A stretch of DNA of 64,000 nt from Octopus bimaculoides (lineage: Eukaryota), in NCBI RefSeq assembly GCF_001194135.2, contig NC_068991.1:6491750-6555749 (forward strand), in the 5' to 3' direction. Under the pieces are notes generated by a model. The model saw nothing but the letters and a program-made list of their open reading frames with translations. It ran no database searches and was not told the origin of the DNA. The translations under genes were made by a program, and so were the position numbers. Below are positions 13,001-24,900 of this stretch, in pieces; the stretch's first letter is position 1, and each line of letters starts with the position of its first letter.

Positions 13001-14331
13001 ACTTTAAACGATGATGATGATGAATTTTCATAGTATAAGACAATCAATGATTCTTCATCAAAATTTCATTTCATCATTCATTTGGGGAGAATCTTAAAGA
13101 TCAAGTACTTTCTTTTATTTGTTGGGAATTTAGTGATATTAACTATTGATGCATTTCATAGAGTTGACATTTGTGAAGGAGCATCCTCCCCATTTAATGC
13201 ACACGTTCCATGCTGGCATGAGTTGGACTGGATAATGATCTTATTTGGTAAATTTTATTGAAGTGCTTCTGTCTTATTTGTAAGGAAAATAACCAATTTA
13301 AAATCTTTTAGTAAAATTCATTTTGTTTTTCTCACGTCAGAGTTTGGTAGCTTGACTACACCACAGCTGATGGAAAAAGTGCGAGGACTTCAAAATTTAG
13401 CCTTCAAACTGGGACTTGATGAAGGTAAGAGATCTATTGTTTTAGTCAGTTTGCTGTTTGTGGTAAAACTATTTTGCAATATCCATTTATCTTCTTCATC
13501 TATCCATTCATCTTTTCCACCTATTCTTGGGAGGATCATGGAGGTAGAATCCTCATCGTCCTCCCCCCTAGCTTCTTCTCTGTCATCATACTTTCCAGCT
13601 GTATTCCCAAGCATGACTGAGGCTGCGGATATTATCCAACCATCTCATTCTTGGTCTAAATGCTGGATCTCCTGCTGGTCGACTCAGCTTAAAGAATCTG
13701 TCTTGCAATCCTTTCTGGTGACATTCTAGCCACCACATGTCCATAGTAACAGAACTGTGACCTCTAAATGCAGAGAAATAGAAGCTTAACTTGGAGAAAC
13801 TTCCTGATCTCTGAGCCACACATTCTCTCAAATAATGTCACTTCAAAGATTCTTTGGAAGAACCCTGTTTTGATTCTACTCTTTTAGCCATTATCCATCT
13901 TTCATGACAGGCATAGAAGCCAAATTGAAGATAACGAGTTTGGCTTTTTGACCAATCTCTCCTCTTCGGAAAATCGAATGCTGCTGCCTGTGCACTATTG
14001 TTCCAGCCTCTGCATTCCCCATCACCATCATTTAACTTCCATTGTCTATGCTGGCATGGGTTGGACAGTTTGACTGGGCTGGCACACCGGAAAGCTGCAC
14101 CAGGCTCCAGTCTGATTTGGCATGGTTTTCTATGGCTGGATGCCTTTCCTAATGCCAACCACTCCGAGAGTGTAATGGTGCCCTTTGTGTGACACCGGTA
14201 TCCAAATAATGAGTTATAATTTTATTTACTTTAGGAACTACAACTTTTCCTCTTTTTTCTTTTCTTTTTCAGCACGAGAAATGACGCGAGGAAAATTTTT
14301 AAACATTCTTCAAAAACAGAAAAGGTTTTGA
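7003..14331 (+). CDS. LIN52: LIN52, MuvB/DREAM core subunit; 6 exons 7003-7042, 9526-9594, 11192-11226, 12077-12140, 13341-13424, 14273-14331 (351 nt, 116 aa)
   Basis: MASPSAGNSDLDADCEQTLMSYEKLDRSSPDLWPEQIPGVSEFAANQSPFSASNFSKEIDDQDDIELLQEFGSLTTPQLMEKVRGLQNLAFKLGLDEAREMTRGKFLNILQKQKRF*; near-identical to LIN52 motifs EKLDRASPDLWPEQ and LMEKVRGLQNLAYQLGLDESREMTRGKFLNIL; all introns GT-AG and in phase. Confidence 0.96.
9033..9493 (-). mobile_element. Non-autonomous Helitron-like element in LIN52 intron 1
   Basis: Minus strand reads A|TCTACTATAA ... GGTCAGCTAG|T: 5' TC, 3' CTAG, A-T target, no TSD; internal CA microsatellites and a repeated CAGAGTTGAAACGCT. Confidence 0.65.
9526..9594 (+). CDS. 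LIN52: LIN52 exon 2
   Basis: aacag|...|gtaagt; DCEQTLMSYEKLDRSSPDLWPEQ. Confidence 0.95.
9976..10290 (+). mobile_element. tRNA-derived SINE (fourth family, full-length)
   Basis: Head GAAGGCACATGGCTCAGTGCTTAGAGC...GAGTTCAATTCC, body ending CATTCACGACCGAAGGGGGTCTTTA; head fragment also at 12450. Confidence 0.75.
11192..11226 (+). CDS. LIN52: LIN52 exon 3
   Basis: ccttag|...|gtaagt; IPGVSEFAANQS. Confidence 0.93.
12077..12140 (+). CDS. LIN52: LIN52 exon 4
   Basis: ttccag|...|gtatgc; PFSASNFSKEIDDQDDIELLQ. Confidence 0.9.
13341..13424 (+). CDS. LIN52: LIN52 exon 5
   Basis: cgtcag|...|gtaaga; EFGSLTTPQLMEKVRGLQNLAFKLGLDE. Confidence 0.96.
13500..13990 (-). mobile_element. RTE-clade LINE 3' fragment (decayed)
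   Basis: Minus translation contains RPRMRWLDNIRSLS typical of RTE ORF C-terminus, with frameshifts. Confidence 0.7.
14273..14331 (+). CDS. LIN52: LIN52 exon 6 (terminal)
   Basis: ttttcag|; AREMTRGKFLNILQKQKRF*. Confidence 0.95.
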
Positions 14332-15929
14332 TTGTCCTAAGAAAAAAAAAAAAAAAATTTTAAATGTTTGCCGACAGTTTTCTTCATCATCAATTTAGAA
14401 ACCATTCTTCACTCTTCTGCCAAACTGGATTGGCATGTATGGCTTGTGCTGGCTGTGTTCATATTGTTATTCAATTTTGCTATCTTTGTGGAAAATGTTT
14501 CTATCAGAATATTCCAGAACGAAATAGCAGTATTTATTTAGTCTTCCTTAGGACAATATACTCCTTCTGCAAAACCCATTTTCTTTTTAACGTCATGGCT
14601 GCACTAAAACTAGATCTGAAAACCAATGGTGCAATGTTTCTCTGCTCATTTCTTTTGTCAGTTTAAGATGCTGCGAACAATCATGGTTTCTGTGAGGCTA
14701 AGATTTTAGACTCACCTTCACACCAGACATTCTCTATCTTTTTATCATTGTCAAAGATTTTATTACTTGGTTTGGATATATTTATGTAAACTAATTTTTG
14801 ATATAAAATAGACATTTAATGTCTACATTCCAGTTCTTTTTTCTTTGAAGTGAGGGGAAGAAATTTAAATTGTATTTGGTGGGTTCATTTTTATTTTATT
14901 TATATTTTTTTTTCTCATGCTTCTCATTGATATCAAGGAATCTTTTAAGTTTGCAGAATCTTTATCAGGAGATAAAGAGTAAAAGAGAAAGATGTAATTA
15001 TATGTAAGTGTACTTGGATGACCTATTCTGCAAGAAAATTATACACTCTCTACAGAGGTCACACACTGTTGTAGATGTCATGTAAGGAATGAACAGAAGA
15101 AGGGGAGGAGGAGGAGAAAGTAACTGAACCAAATCACAGTACAACTGGTAATTAATTATACGTGAAAATATTTAAAAAATCATTTCACTTGTTCAATTTT
15201 GATAACTTACCAAATTGATTTTATTTACAAAATTAGAATTGTAACCCAATTGAGGACATAGTAGTCTAGTGTTCAGTCTCACTGTTTGACATCTTGGGCA
15301 AGTATCCCAGGGCCAACCAATATCTTGTGCATGAATTTGGTGGACCCAAACTTCAAGAAACCACAATATGTATCGATTTCTGTACAGCATGTAGTCGAAG
15401 GGGTCACTCATGCTTTAAACAGGCCTTGTTTCTTTCTTAGTCAGTCAACTTTACTTTTTTACATCTACAATTAATTCACTGGGTACAATTTTTTTTTTTT
15501 TTTTTGTGTGTGTTTGCATTTTGTCCATCTCTTTCTGAATGTCTGTATCCTATTCCCCTTGTTCCCTTTGTGATACTTTGCAAATATGTGTGTTTGTTAC
15601 TATTTGAGTGAAACAGTAAGNNNNNNNNNNNNNNNNNNNNNNNNNNNNNNNNNNNNNNNNNNNNNNNNNNNNNNNNNNNGCTGTAAAAATCCTGTCCCAA
15701 ATTTATTTCCCACCCAAACCACACTGGCATGGAAAAGTGAATGTCAACCAAACAATAGATTTTTTTTTATATATTTTTCTGTTGTTCAGTTAACTTATGG
15801 GAAGGATTAATTCACAGCTTAATGAATGAATTAAAACACAATTTAACTCGTTTTTATGATTGGAACTCCAGTTTTCTGATGAAATGTCTCTTCTCTCTCC
15901 ATTGCTCTAGTCTCTATTTCAGCCTTTCT

Positions 15930-15960
15930 TTAGTCTTTGTGGGCCTCTGTTGCCAGATCG
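15930..15960 (-). CDS. LRRC74A: LRRC74A-like terminal exon (DLATEAHKD*)
   Basis: ttttacag|C GAT CTG ... TAA; candidate AATAAA (minus) at 15702-15707. Confidence 0.75.
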
Positions 15961-18900
15961 CTGTAAAACAAGAAAGTAGGTTATCATTTTCAAATTTCAC
16001 ACTTCCTTTTTATTTAGACATTAATTTCAAATAAACCAATAGAGCCATTCTAATTTTTAAACTAACCCCCCCCCCCCAAAAAAAAAACTATATACAGTAA
16101 ACTTTTATTTATTAGATTGGGTGCAGGCATGGCTGTGTGCGAGGTTAAGAAAGTAGTTCAATCCCACTGCATGAATGCTGTCGGCTAATGTTTTATTCTC
16201 TAAGCACTGGGTGAAATTGTTAGAAATAGAAGAAGCCTATTGTGTACATATAGCTAAATAGACTCGTCAGTTATCACTTTTCAATGCTTCCCAACCTTTT
16301 TAGTAGCAGATTGCCCCACTCCGCCCCATTTGTAAGCAAAACAACCTTGGTATCAATACAGGTACTGTCAATTTGGATAGCTAGTCCCTCTGTTGGGTCG
16401 ACATTCGGCAGACTCTCTTTCTCCCATTCATTCTCTTTATTGAGCAACCTTTCATAGTGGCGTCTCAAAACCTCTCTCTTTGCAGCCTCATTTAATGCAA
16501 GTGAACCATCATCCATGCAGACACATTTCTCTCCTATGGCATCACAGATGAATAAAAGAGGTTTACTTACCCAAAATATATTTTACCTGATCCTTCCTTT
16601 GCTATTGCTTTTAAAGTTTGCATTAAATCCTTCGTGTCTATTTCGAGAGCACATTCCTGCCACAAACATTAAAGAAGAAGGCTTTCTATCAGGATAGGAT
16701 TTGTAAATATAGACCTAAATTTCAAACATTTAATTCGTAATTATTGAACTAATGATAATTCCGTTATTTTGAAATACTCCCCACAAGTGTGTGTGTGGTA
16801 GGTAAGATTATGAACCTGAATGTACCTTGTATCATCTCTATATTCCAGCAGGAAAAGGAAACATGCTGTCTTTTACCCTTTAAGTTCCAACAACAGTTAA
16901 AAGAAGACCTAGAAGGACTTAACAGACATTGTCTAGGGTGTGGTACTAGCAAAATTAAAAGCTAGCAGTTTTTGGTGAAAAAATAATCCTTTCTACTATG
17001 GGCACAAGGCCTGAAATTTGGGGGAGGGGATAGTTGATTATGTTGACCTCAGTGCATAACTGGTACTTATTTTGTCGACCCCGAAAGATGAAAGGCAAAA
17101 TCGACTTCAGCAGAATTTGAACTCAGAATGTAATGACAGGTGAAATACCACTAAACATTTCGTCCAGCTTGCTGCCTTAATGATAATAGTAATAATCATC
17201 CTTTTTACTATAGGCATGAGGCCTGAAATTTGTAGGGAAGGGACTAGTCAATTATATCAACCACTTCCCTTCCCTCTGCGTAACTGGTATTTATTTCATT
17301 GACCCTGAAAGGATGAAAGGCAAAGTTGACCTGGGCAGAATTTGAACTCAGAATGTGAAGATGGACAGAATGCCACTAAGTATTTTGCCCAGCGTGCTAA
17401 CGATTCTGCCAGCTCGTCAATAATAATAATGTTTTTTTCATAAGGTAAGGGGCTTTAATTTTACAAGTGTATATAGTGTGCCAGTCATATATTTGAGTTG
17501 TTATAATTTGTGCCCTTATGCCTATGAGGGAAATCATTGAAGAAAATTGTAGAGTTTCCCCCCAAAATATACTTAAAAAAGCTATTCCTACCTTAACAGC
17601 TGCTATGAAGTCTTCAGGGGTGATTGTGAAATTCCCTTCTGTATCATATTTCTTGAGAGTTTCCATCAAAGCAGGATCCCTTACCACAACGCTTTGTTTC
17701 AGGATCAGAAGGGATTTCTGATATTGGTTTCTACTATCGACCTCAATAGCTTTCTTACCAATATCTTCTGTTGTGTTTCCAGATCTTAGGATGTGACCAA
17801 ATATTGCCTTGAAGTTTTTCTTCTGTTTGATGTCGAAAACAATGCGCAGGAACTCATATTCGACCGAGACATCCTGCAAATGGGAACCGGCAGAAGAAAA
17901 TGAGCTTGGAAGAAGGTTTTAATATATAAACAAAAATGGGTCTGAGAGAAATAACTCAGAGGGGCCAGTGGCATGCATTTAGACAACAGACAAATGCAGG
18001 TCTATTAAATACAACAAATTTGTGATTTATTAAAATTATATCTGCATTTAGAATAGTGTTTCTCAACTATGTTTTGCTTATGATCCCCTTTGATTCTTGT
18101 TTTTACTCTACTGGTCCCCCATAGCCATTTGATGTTTACAGAATCTTGATATTTTTATAATTAAATATTATTAGAAATTGTATAAAGAAAAATTGTTGAA
18201 ATATTTTGTGTTATGTAGAAATGTAACCAGTTTATTGCAGGTAAAGTTTAGCAAGAAAATATTGTATGGGCCCTGGTTGAGAATCACTGTTTTAGAGGCT
18301 GCCAATGATTACCCAGTGGCCAGCCCCATCTGAAAAGGAGACCCTGTAGTTAATGGTTTTGTGTAGTGGTTAAAAGGAAACACTAAAACTGTGGCATAAT
18401 AATGATGATCCTCATCATTGTCCTTGTAATTACCACCACTACACTCCCATCCTTATTGCCACCACCACCATCATCATTAACAGAAGCATTGTCATTTTCA
18501 TTATTTGCCTTGTAATCCTCATTATCGTTATCAATATCATTACAAGGGGGTGCTGAAAAGTTCCTAGCTTTAAGGGCATCGCGAAAGGGCTGGTTGGAGG
18601 CTCAACCTTCCAAGTTTTTTCACAGGACTTAGAAAAACTGAAGGACTACTACAATGACTGTGCAAACTGAGAGGGGAATATGTCTAGTAAAATCATAATT
18701 AACTGATCCCCCTTGTATATTCTTTTACCCAAAGCCAGGAACTTTTCAGCACCCCCTTGTAACTGAAAGGTTTCTTTTTTGCAAGTCTAGCCTCTAATTC
18801 CCTATCAGCATCAAAATCATCATAACATCTATTTTCGCCACACTGACATGGATTGGACAAGTCTGCACTGCAGCATGTCATCACTCCTCTTCATACTGTG

Positions 18901-21900
18901 TCATCTTATCTGTGAGCTCCATCTTGATTGCTGATCTCATTACTAAATTCTCCCGTTATCTTATCTAGTCCTTAATTGCAGTTAGAGAACAGCAAAGTTC
19001 AAGATTATATCAAGGAATATTTCTTACCGTCAAATCCAGTAAATTTAGTCCTGTGTTGTCATTGTTGTTGATGGCATTGACAAGGGAAATGGCTCCGGTT
19101 GTGCTAATTGGATTCTTACCTAACTGAAAACAGGGGGAAATAAATGAGATAAAGTTTCAGTAAGATTTATTTATCTGTGGAAAAGACAGAAAGGAAATCA
19201 GTATGAATTGTAGCAGGGAATATCAGCAGTGTCCCGAACACCAACTCACTGCCTTGAAATTGAACCCGAAATCACTGTGCTCAGCTGAGAAAATAACTGT
19301 AATCACCCAACAAGATTTTGTCAGCAACAAACCATTCAGGTCCCTATTAAACACATGAAAAATGTGTTTTGTCAGTAGCTGGGCTCACTGGCAAAGCAAC
19401 AATACATCCAGCAGATACTTGACTCGTTAGAATCTCAGTTTTAGTAAACAACCTAACCATTTGGGGATAAATATAGAAGGATGTTATTAATGATTTTGTC
19501 TTTGGTGCCTTTTCTTTGACAGACCATTGGGTATATTCATAGATGGTTTGTCTGGTAACTTTCAGTGTTTATAACAGTTCAAATCAACTGCTGTGAGAAC
19601 TTAAACCACTCACTCGACTATGGAACTCAACAACTTTTACAATCCTGTTGACAAACATCTCTGGTGGACAAACATGAACTGTATCACTTAGTATAAATAT
19701 CTGTCATAATTACAATGACATTTTTTTTATTAATGATTAAGATATTTTTGTATTTATATTTCAAAGTTTTTTTTTTTTCTCTTTTGTTGTCAATCAACCA
19801 AATATTTTGTCATTACAGGATTTATTGAGGAAATATAAAAGCACTTATGGAATGATTGAATGAAAAAAAGCTGCAACTTTTAGATATTGCTGGGAAGTGT
19901 ATGAAATGGATCAAAAAGTATGGGCTGGCTCAAAGCAAAATATGCAGACAAAGAACCCCAAAACACAAACAAAAACACATATATACAGACATAGTTGTGA
20001 GGCTTACAGTCTAGAGATAACTATACCTCATATAATGTATCTAGAGTATGCTTTCTACAGACTGATGCCTTTCCTAATACCAACCACTACGTATGTAATT
20101 GTAAGAAATAGCAGCCAAAGTTCTCTCAAATTACACCCTGTCATTAATAAGAGAAAAAAATAGGGACACATTGGATAAAGTAATTCTAGGTACAAAATGA
20201 CAAAACAAAACTAAATGGTTACAACTAGAATTACCTGTAAATATTTGTATTCTACCTTAAGTTCTAGATGAACACCAACTGAGTATGTACCTCATCAGTC
20301 TATGAGGCTCTGGAAAGACCATGGTACCTTCTCTCTAACTAAATTAAAAGAAATACAATTGCCTTTGTAGCTGGCTAGCTTTCCTATGGGACAAGCAGAG
20401 TTATGTACCTTGACACAAAGTACAACACAACTGCATAGTTAAGTTTTAAATGTGTCGGAGTGTACATGTGTATGAATGTGTTTATTTGTGTATCAATTTA
20501 AAACCAGTGGCCTAGCATATAAAAAATCTGAAAATTCAGAAAAATTGTATTACATGCGTATAAGAAGCGATGACCACTAAGTGGACATCCGATATACTAG
20601 AAAGAGGTCATCAACGACCCAACCACAAAGAAAAATTCTAGTTGTAACCATTTAGTTTTGTTTTGTCATTTTGTACCTGGAATTACTTTATACAATGTGT
20701 CCCTATTTTTTTCTCTTATTAATGACGGTGTAATTTGAGAGAACTTTGGCTGCTATTTCTTGCAATTACATACGTAGTGGTTGGGTCGTTCATGACCTCT
20801 CTCTAGCATATCGGATGTCCACTTAGTGGTCATCTCTTCTTATACGCATATATCTATATGGCGTTAGGAAGGGCATCCAGCTGTAGAAACTCTGCCAAAT
20901 CAGATTGGAGCCTGGTGTAGCCATCTGGTTCACCAGTCCTCAGTCAAATCGTCCAACCCATGCTAGCATGGAAAGCGGACGTTAAACGATGATGATGATA
21001 TATATATATACTAGCCTCAAATGAAAAGTACGTAAATATGTACCACCCTGAGATACAAGAGTTTCTGGTGTGTATATACTCCTCTGAACTTCATAAACAA
21101 CACAGACTGAAAAGTTTTAAACATTACTCTAGATATTAGACCATGCAGTAGAAATAGACTTACCTGTAATATCTGAAGGGTTTCATTGACTAAGAGGGAT
21201 TTAGCAATTTTCTCTATACAAACGTCTGTCAATCTGTTGGCAGTGAGGTTTAATTCTTGTAAAGTTGTGTTGTGAATGAGGGCCTCTGCTATCTCAAAAC
21301 CTCCTTCAATACCGAAGCCATTGAAGGCCAAGTTGCATCTTTTTAATCGAATATTGTCCTTTAATAAAGGAAATTTAATGTATCAACATTAAGAATCAAC
21401 AAGACATGGAACAAACTGAATTACACAAACTTATTTTAATTAACTCTTCATTATTTTCAAAATTTATTAAAATTAAAGGCAGTGTGTTTCAACCAAAGCA
21501 TGGCAACAAAAGGATTAAAGAAGCAATTACACATTAACTTTGATAGGTTTCGGCCAGTATAGACCCAGGCCATGTCTAACTTAATAGCACCACCTGGTGA
21601 AGTCTTTTAGTCATATATTAGGCACCATGGCCCACTCTTGCAAAGAGTTATTGTTGGAGACATATCCAAGTATATAGGAGGTTGGTCCAGGATTTTTTGA
21701 AGAAATTTGTCCAGTGAACTTTTGAATTTTATTGGATCCATTTCCATTTTCATGTAATTTGGTATGGTAGTAAAGAGATCTGGACCAGTTGAGATAAAGT
21801 AGTTGTGGCATAGTGTTGTTATGTGTCCGGAGTTCGATCCTAGATACATACAGCATATCTGACAAAAAAAAAATGGTAGGATGGTCATGATTGGAATCCT

Positions 21901-24900
21901 TTTGATCATGACTGACCTGGGGTTAAACTACAATGCTACACCTCTACCTCTTACAATCTTATACACTATAAATTCAAATATATAGATTTGTATTTACAAA
22001 CCCGAAGCCCTTTGCCAATAGCGATGGCACCTCTCAGTCGGATATAGTTCCACGACAGGTCAAATTGCTGCAGATATTCATTGGAACCTGTGAAAAGAAT
22101 GAGAGGAACATGGAAAATTTTGTCTGTCTTTATTTTCAATATTCTGACAAGTTTCTATAATTTTGGTGTTAAGGACTCCAGAGATAATGTCTTAGATGTA
22201 CAATGTATGAAAATCTGAAGGGATGGTCATAACTGGAATGTTTTTGATGAAACACAAATTTGTCTTATTCGGGGTTGATCTGAGGTTAAAAAACGACAAC
22301 AAAGCTTGAACTAATGAGGACAGCTACTCTAGAGAGTAACTCGACCTGCTAGAAATAGCAGCCAATTTTCTCTCTCACAATCATAACTTGTCCCCTTAGA
22401 AAAGAAGTGATGGTACATTGGATAATGTAGTCCTTGATGGATTTTACTTGTATCTCAATTTCTCTTGAGAAAGATAGTATAATACAATATTATATAGAGA
22501 TCCAAGAAGGTAGCCTCTACATAGGAACAGTCTGCTCATGAAACTAATGTGCAAGTGGCTGAGTACTCCACAGACATGTGTATAATTAATGTGCAAGTGG
22601 CTGAGCACTTCCCCGACATGTACAATTAATGTGCAAGTGGTTGAGCACTCCACAGATGTATACAATTAATGTGCAAGTGGCTGAGTACTACACAGGCACA
22701 GTTTACAATAGCTACACCACTGCTTATCACTTACCCATGCACCTTCACTGGAGTCTAGATACATATCAAGTGGACCGACTGACTATATTGGCCCCAACAA
22801 CAGTTGAAGAAAGAACCCATGTTAGAGGATCTACTTACCTATCGCTACACCGAATATCTCTCCACCATTTTCGCCAAGTCTGTTTTTGCTCAAGTCGATG
22901 CTTTCTAAATATTTATTTTTCTGCAGAAAAAGAATACAAGAACTCAATCAGTAAACAAATATTTTTCAATGCCAAGCTTTGTTTATTTTATATCATCTAC
23001 AGAGAAGGTACAACAAATAACTGCAGACATTGTGATAGTGGTAGTAATGAGGGGGGATGGAAGTTGTTGTTTCCCCATCAAGTTAGAATTTATTGAGCAG
23101 ACCTATGACTAAAGGCATTCCATTTATGACCATCAGGCCTCTTTTTTTTTTTTTTTTTTTTTTTTTATAAATAGTTGAGGTGATCTGAGGGCAGTTTTGA
23201 TTGATATTTCTATCGTGCAACCATTTTGAGACACTGTCATTATATCATCAACTCAATGGTCTCAGGTTTAAATTACATCTATTTTCATTGAGTATTTGAG
23301 CTGTAACATTTAATTCTACATTGCTTCAGTGTACCCATATCTCAGGAATAAATGCCAGACCCCATTGGAGTTTTTCTTATGATAGAATGGTGCCTTTTCT
23401 TGGAGGAAAACTAATCTTTCCTTTGCATGCTTTAAAATAATGAAACTTGAGTTTTCTTTATTAAACTGTACTTACCTCCAGAGCATTCATTAATTGTTCA
23501 AGCACAGAATCTTCAAGACGGTTACCTAGCAAATCATTAAAATTATTTGTTGATATTCAATTGTTTCACATGAAATGTTGTATTTGAAAGGTATAAAAAG
23601 CTCAAAATGCTTAGATAAATGATGATCAATAGGAGAGATATTAGGAGAATAAGTGGGAGGATGTTGCAAAATCTCATAATTCAGGTTTTGCAACTTTTGG
23701 ATCATAGCTTGAGGAGTGTGAGGATGTGAATTGTTGTGGAGCAAAATTGGGCCATCTCTATTCTCTAGTCTGGGTTGCTTCTTTTTCAAATTCTCATGCA
23801 TACAATCAGTTTCCTGGCAATACAATGTTGCTGTTACCGTTTTTCCTTGATGCAAAAATGAATAATGAATAACTCCCTTCACAGACTACCATACAGTGAC
23901 CAGTAACATATTAGGGTGCAATGGTGGGTTTGGATAGTGTTTAGGTGACTCTCCTGCATCTAATCACTGTCCTGTTCTCCTGCTGTTGTCAAAGAGTATC
24001 CATTTCTCATCACAAGTAATGATTTGATGCAAAAATGGTATTTTTCCAGTCGAGAAAGCAATAAGGAACACACTTCAAGGCGTCTGTTTTTTTGAATCTC
24101 GTTCAGTTGATGTGGAACAAACCTATCCGTTTTCTTGACTTTTCCAATTTTTTACAAGTGTCCACAAACAATTGTGCGAGATGTTTGGAGCTCTGATGAA
24201 AGTTTTCGAACCTTTGTTCTTGGATTTTGTTCAACCAAAGCATTTAATCTATCATGCCAAATAACTGATTTTGGCCTACCCCTTGGTTTATTTTCAAGGC
24301 TATCATCTCTTGAACGAGAGCTTTGGAACCATCTGTGAACAGTTCTAATGTCAACAAAACCATTACCAAAGGCCCGCTTGCTATTCTGTAGAGCTTCTGC
24401 GGCAGAGTGACCCAGTTTGTACTCATACGAGAAAAACACTCAACTTCCTGGGTTCCCCACCCTTCAGATACAGTAAATAAATAATAAACATAACAAAGGG
24501 AAGTTCAATTACTTTTCTGATAAAGGATTTTCTTTTTCTTTCATTTGTTTCAGTGATTTGACTGCGGCCATGCTGGAGCACCGCCTTTAGTTGAACAAAT
24601 CAACCCCAGGACTTATTCTTTGTAAGCCTAGTACTTATGCTATCAGGCTCTTTTGCCAAACCGCTAAGTGACGGGGATGTAAACACACAAACATATATAT
24701 ATATATATATATATACACAACGGGCTTCTTTCAGTTTCCTTCTGTCAAATCCACTCACAAGGCTTTGGTCAGCTTGAGGCTATAGTAGAAGACTAGGTGC
24801 CACACAGTGGGACTGAACCCGGAACCGTGTGGCTGGGAGGCAAGCTCCTTACCACACAGCCACTCCTGCGCCTAAAATATTAATATTTTGTAGAAAATTA

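Noticed and set aside
17750-17760. Internal GTAAGA/GTAAGG donor-like sites within the 17873-17592 exon
   Set aside because: Frame stays open and protein-like through an EF-hand motif to a phase-0 donor that matches the next exon; minor alternative use not excluded
20017-20051. loxP-like string ATAACT...ATAATGTAT
   Set aside because: Arms are not inverted repeats; chance match in AT-rich DNA
22545-22697. CRISPR-like repeat-spacer array
   Set aside because: Spacers are homologous to each other, only 4 units, eukaryotic intron, no cas genes
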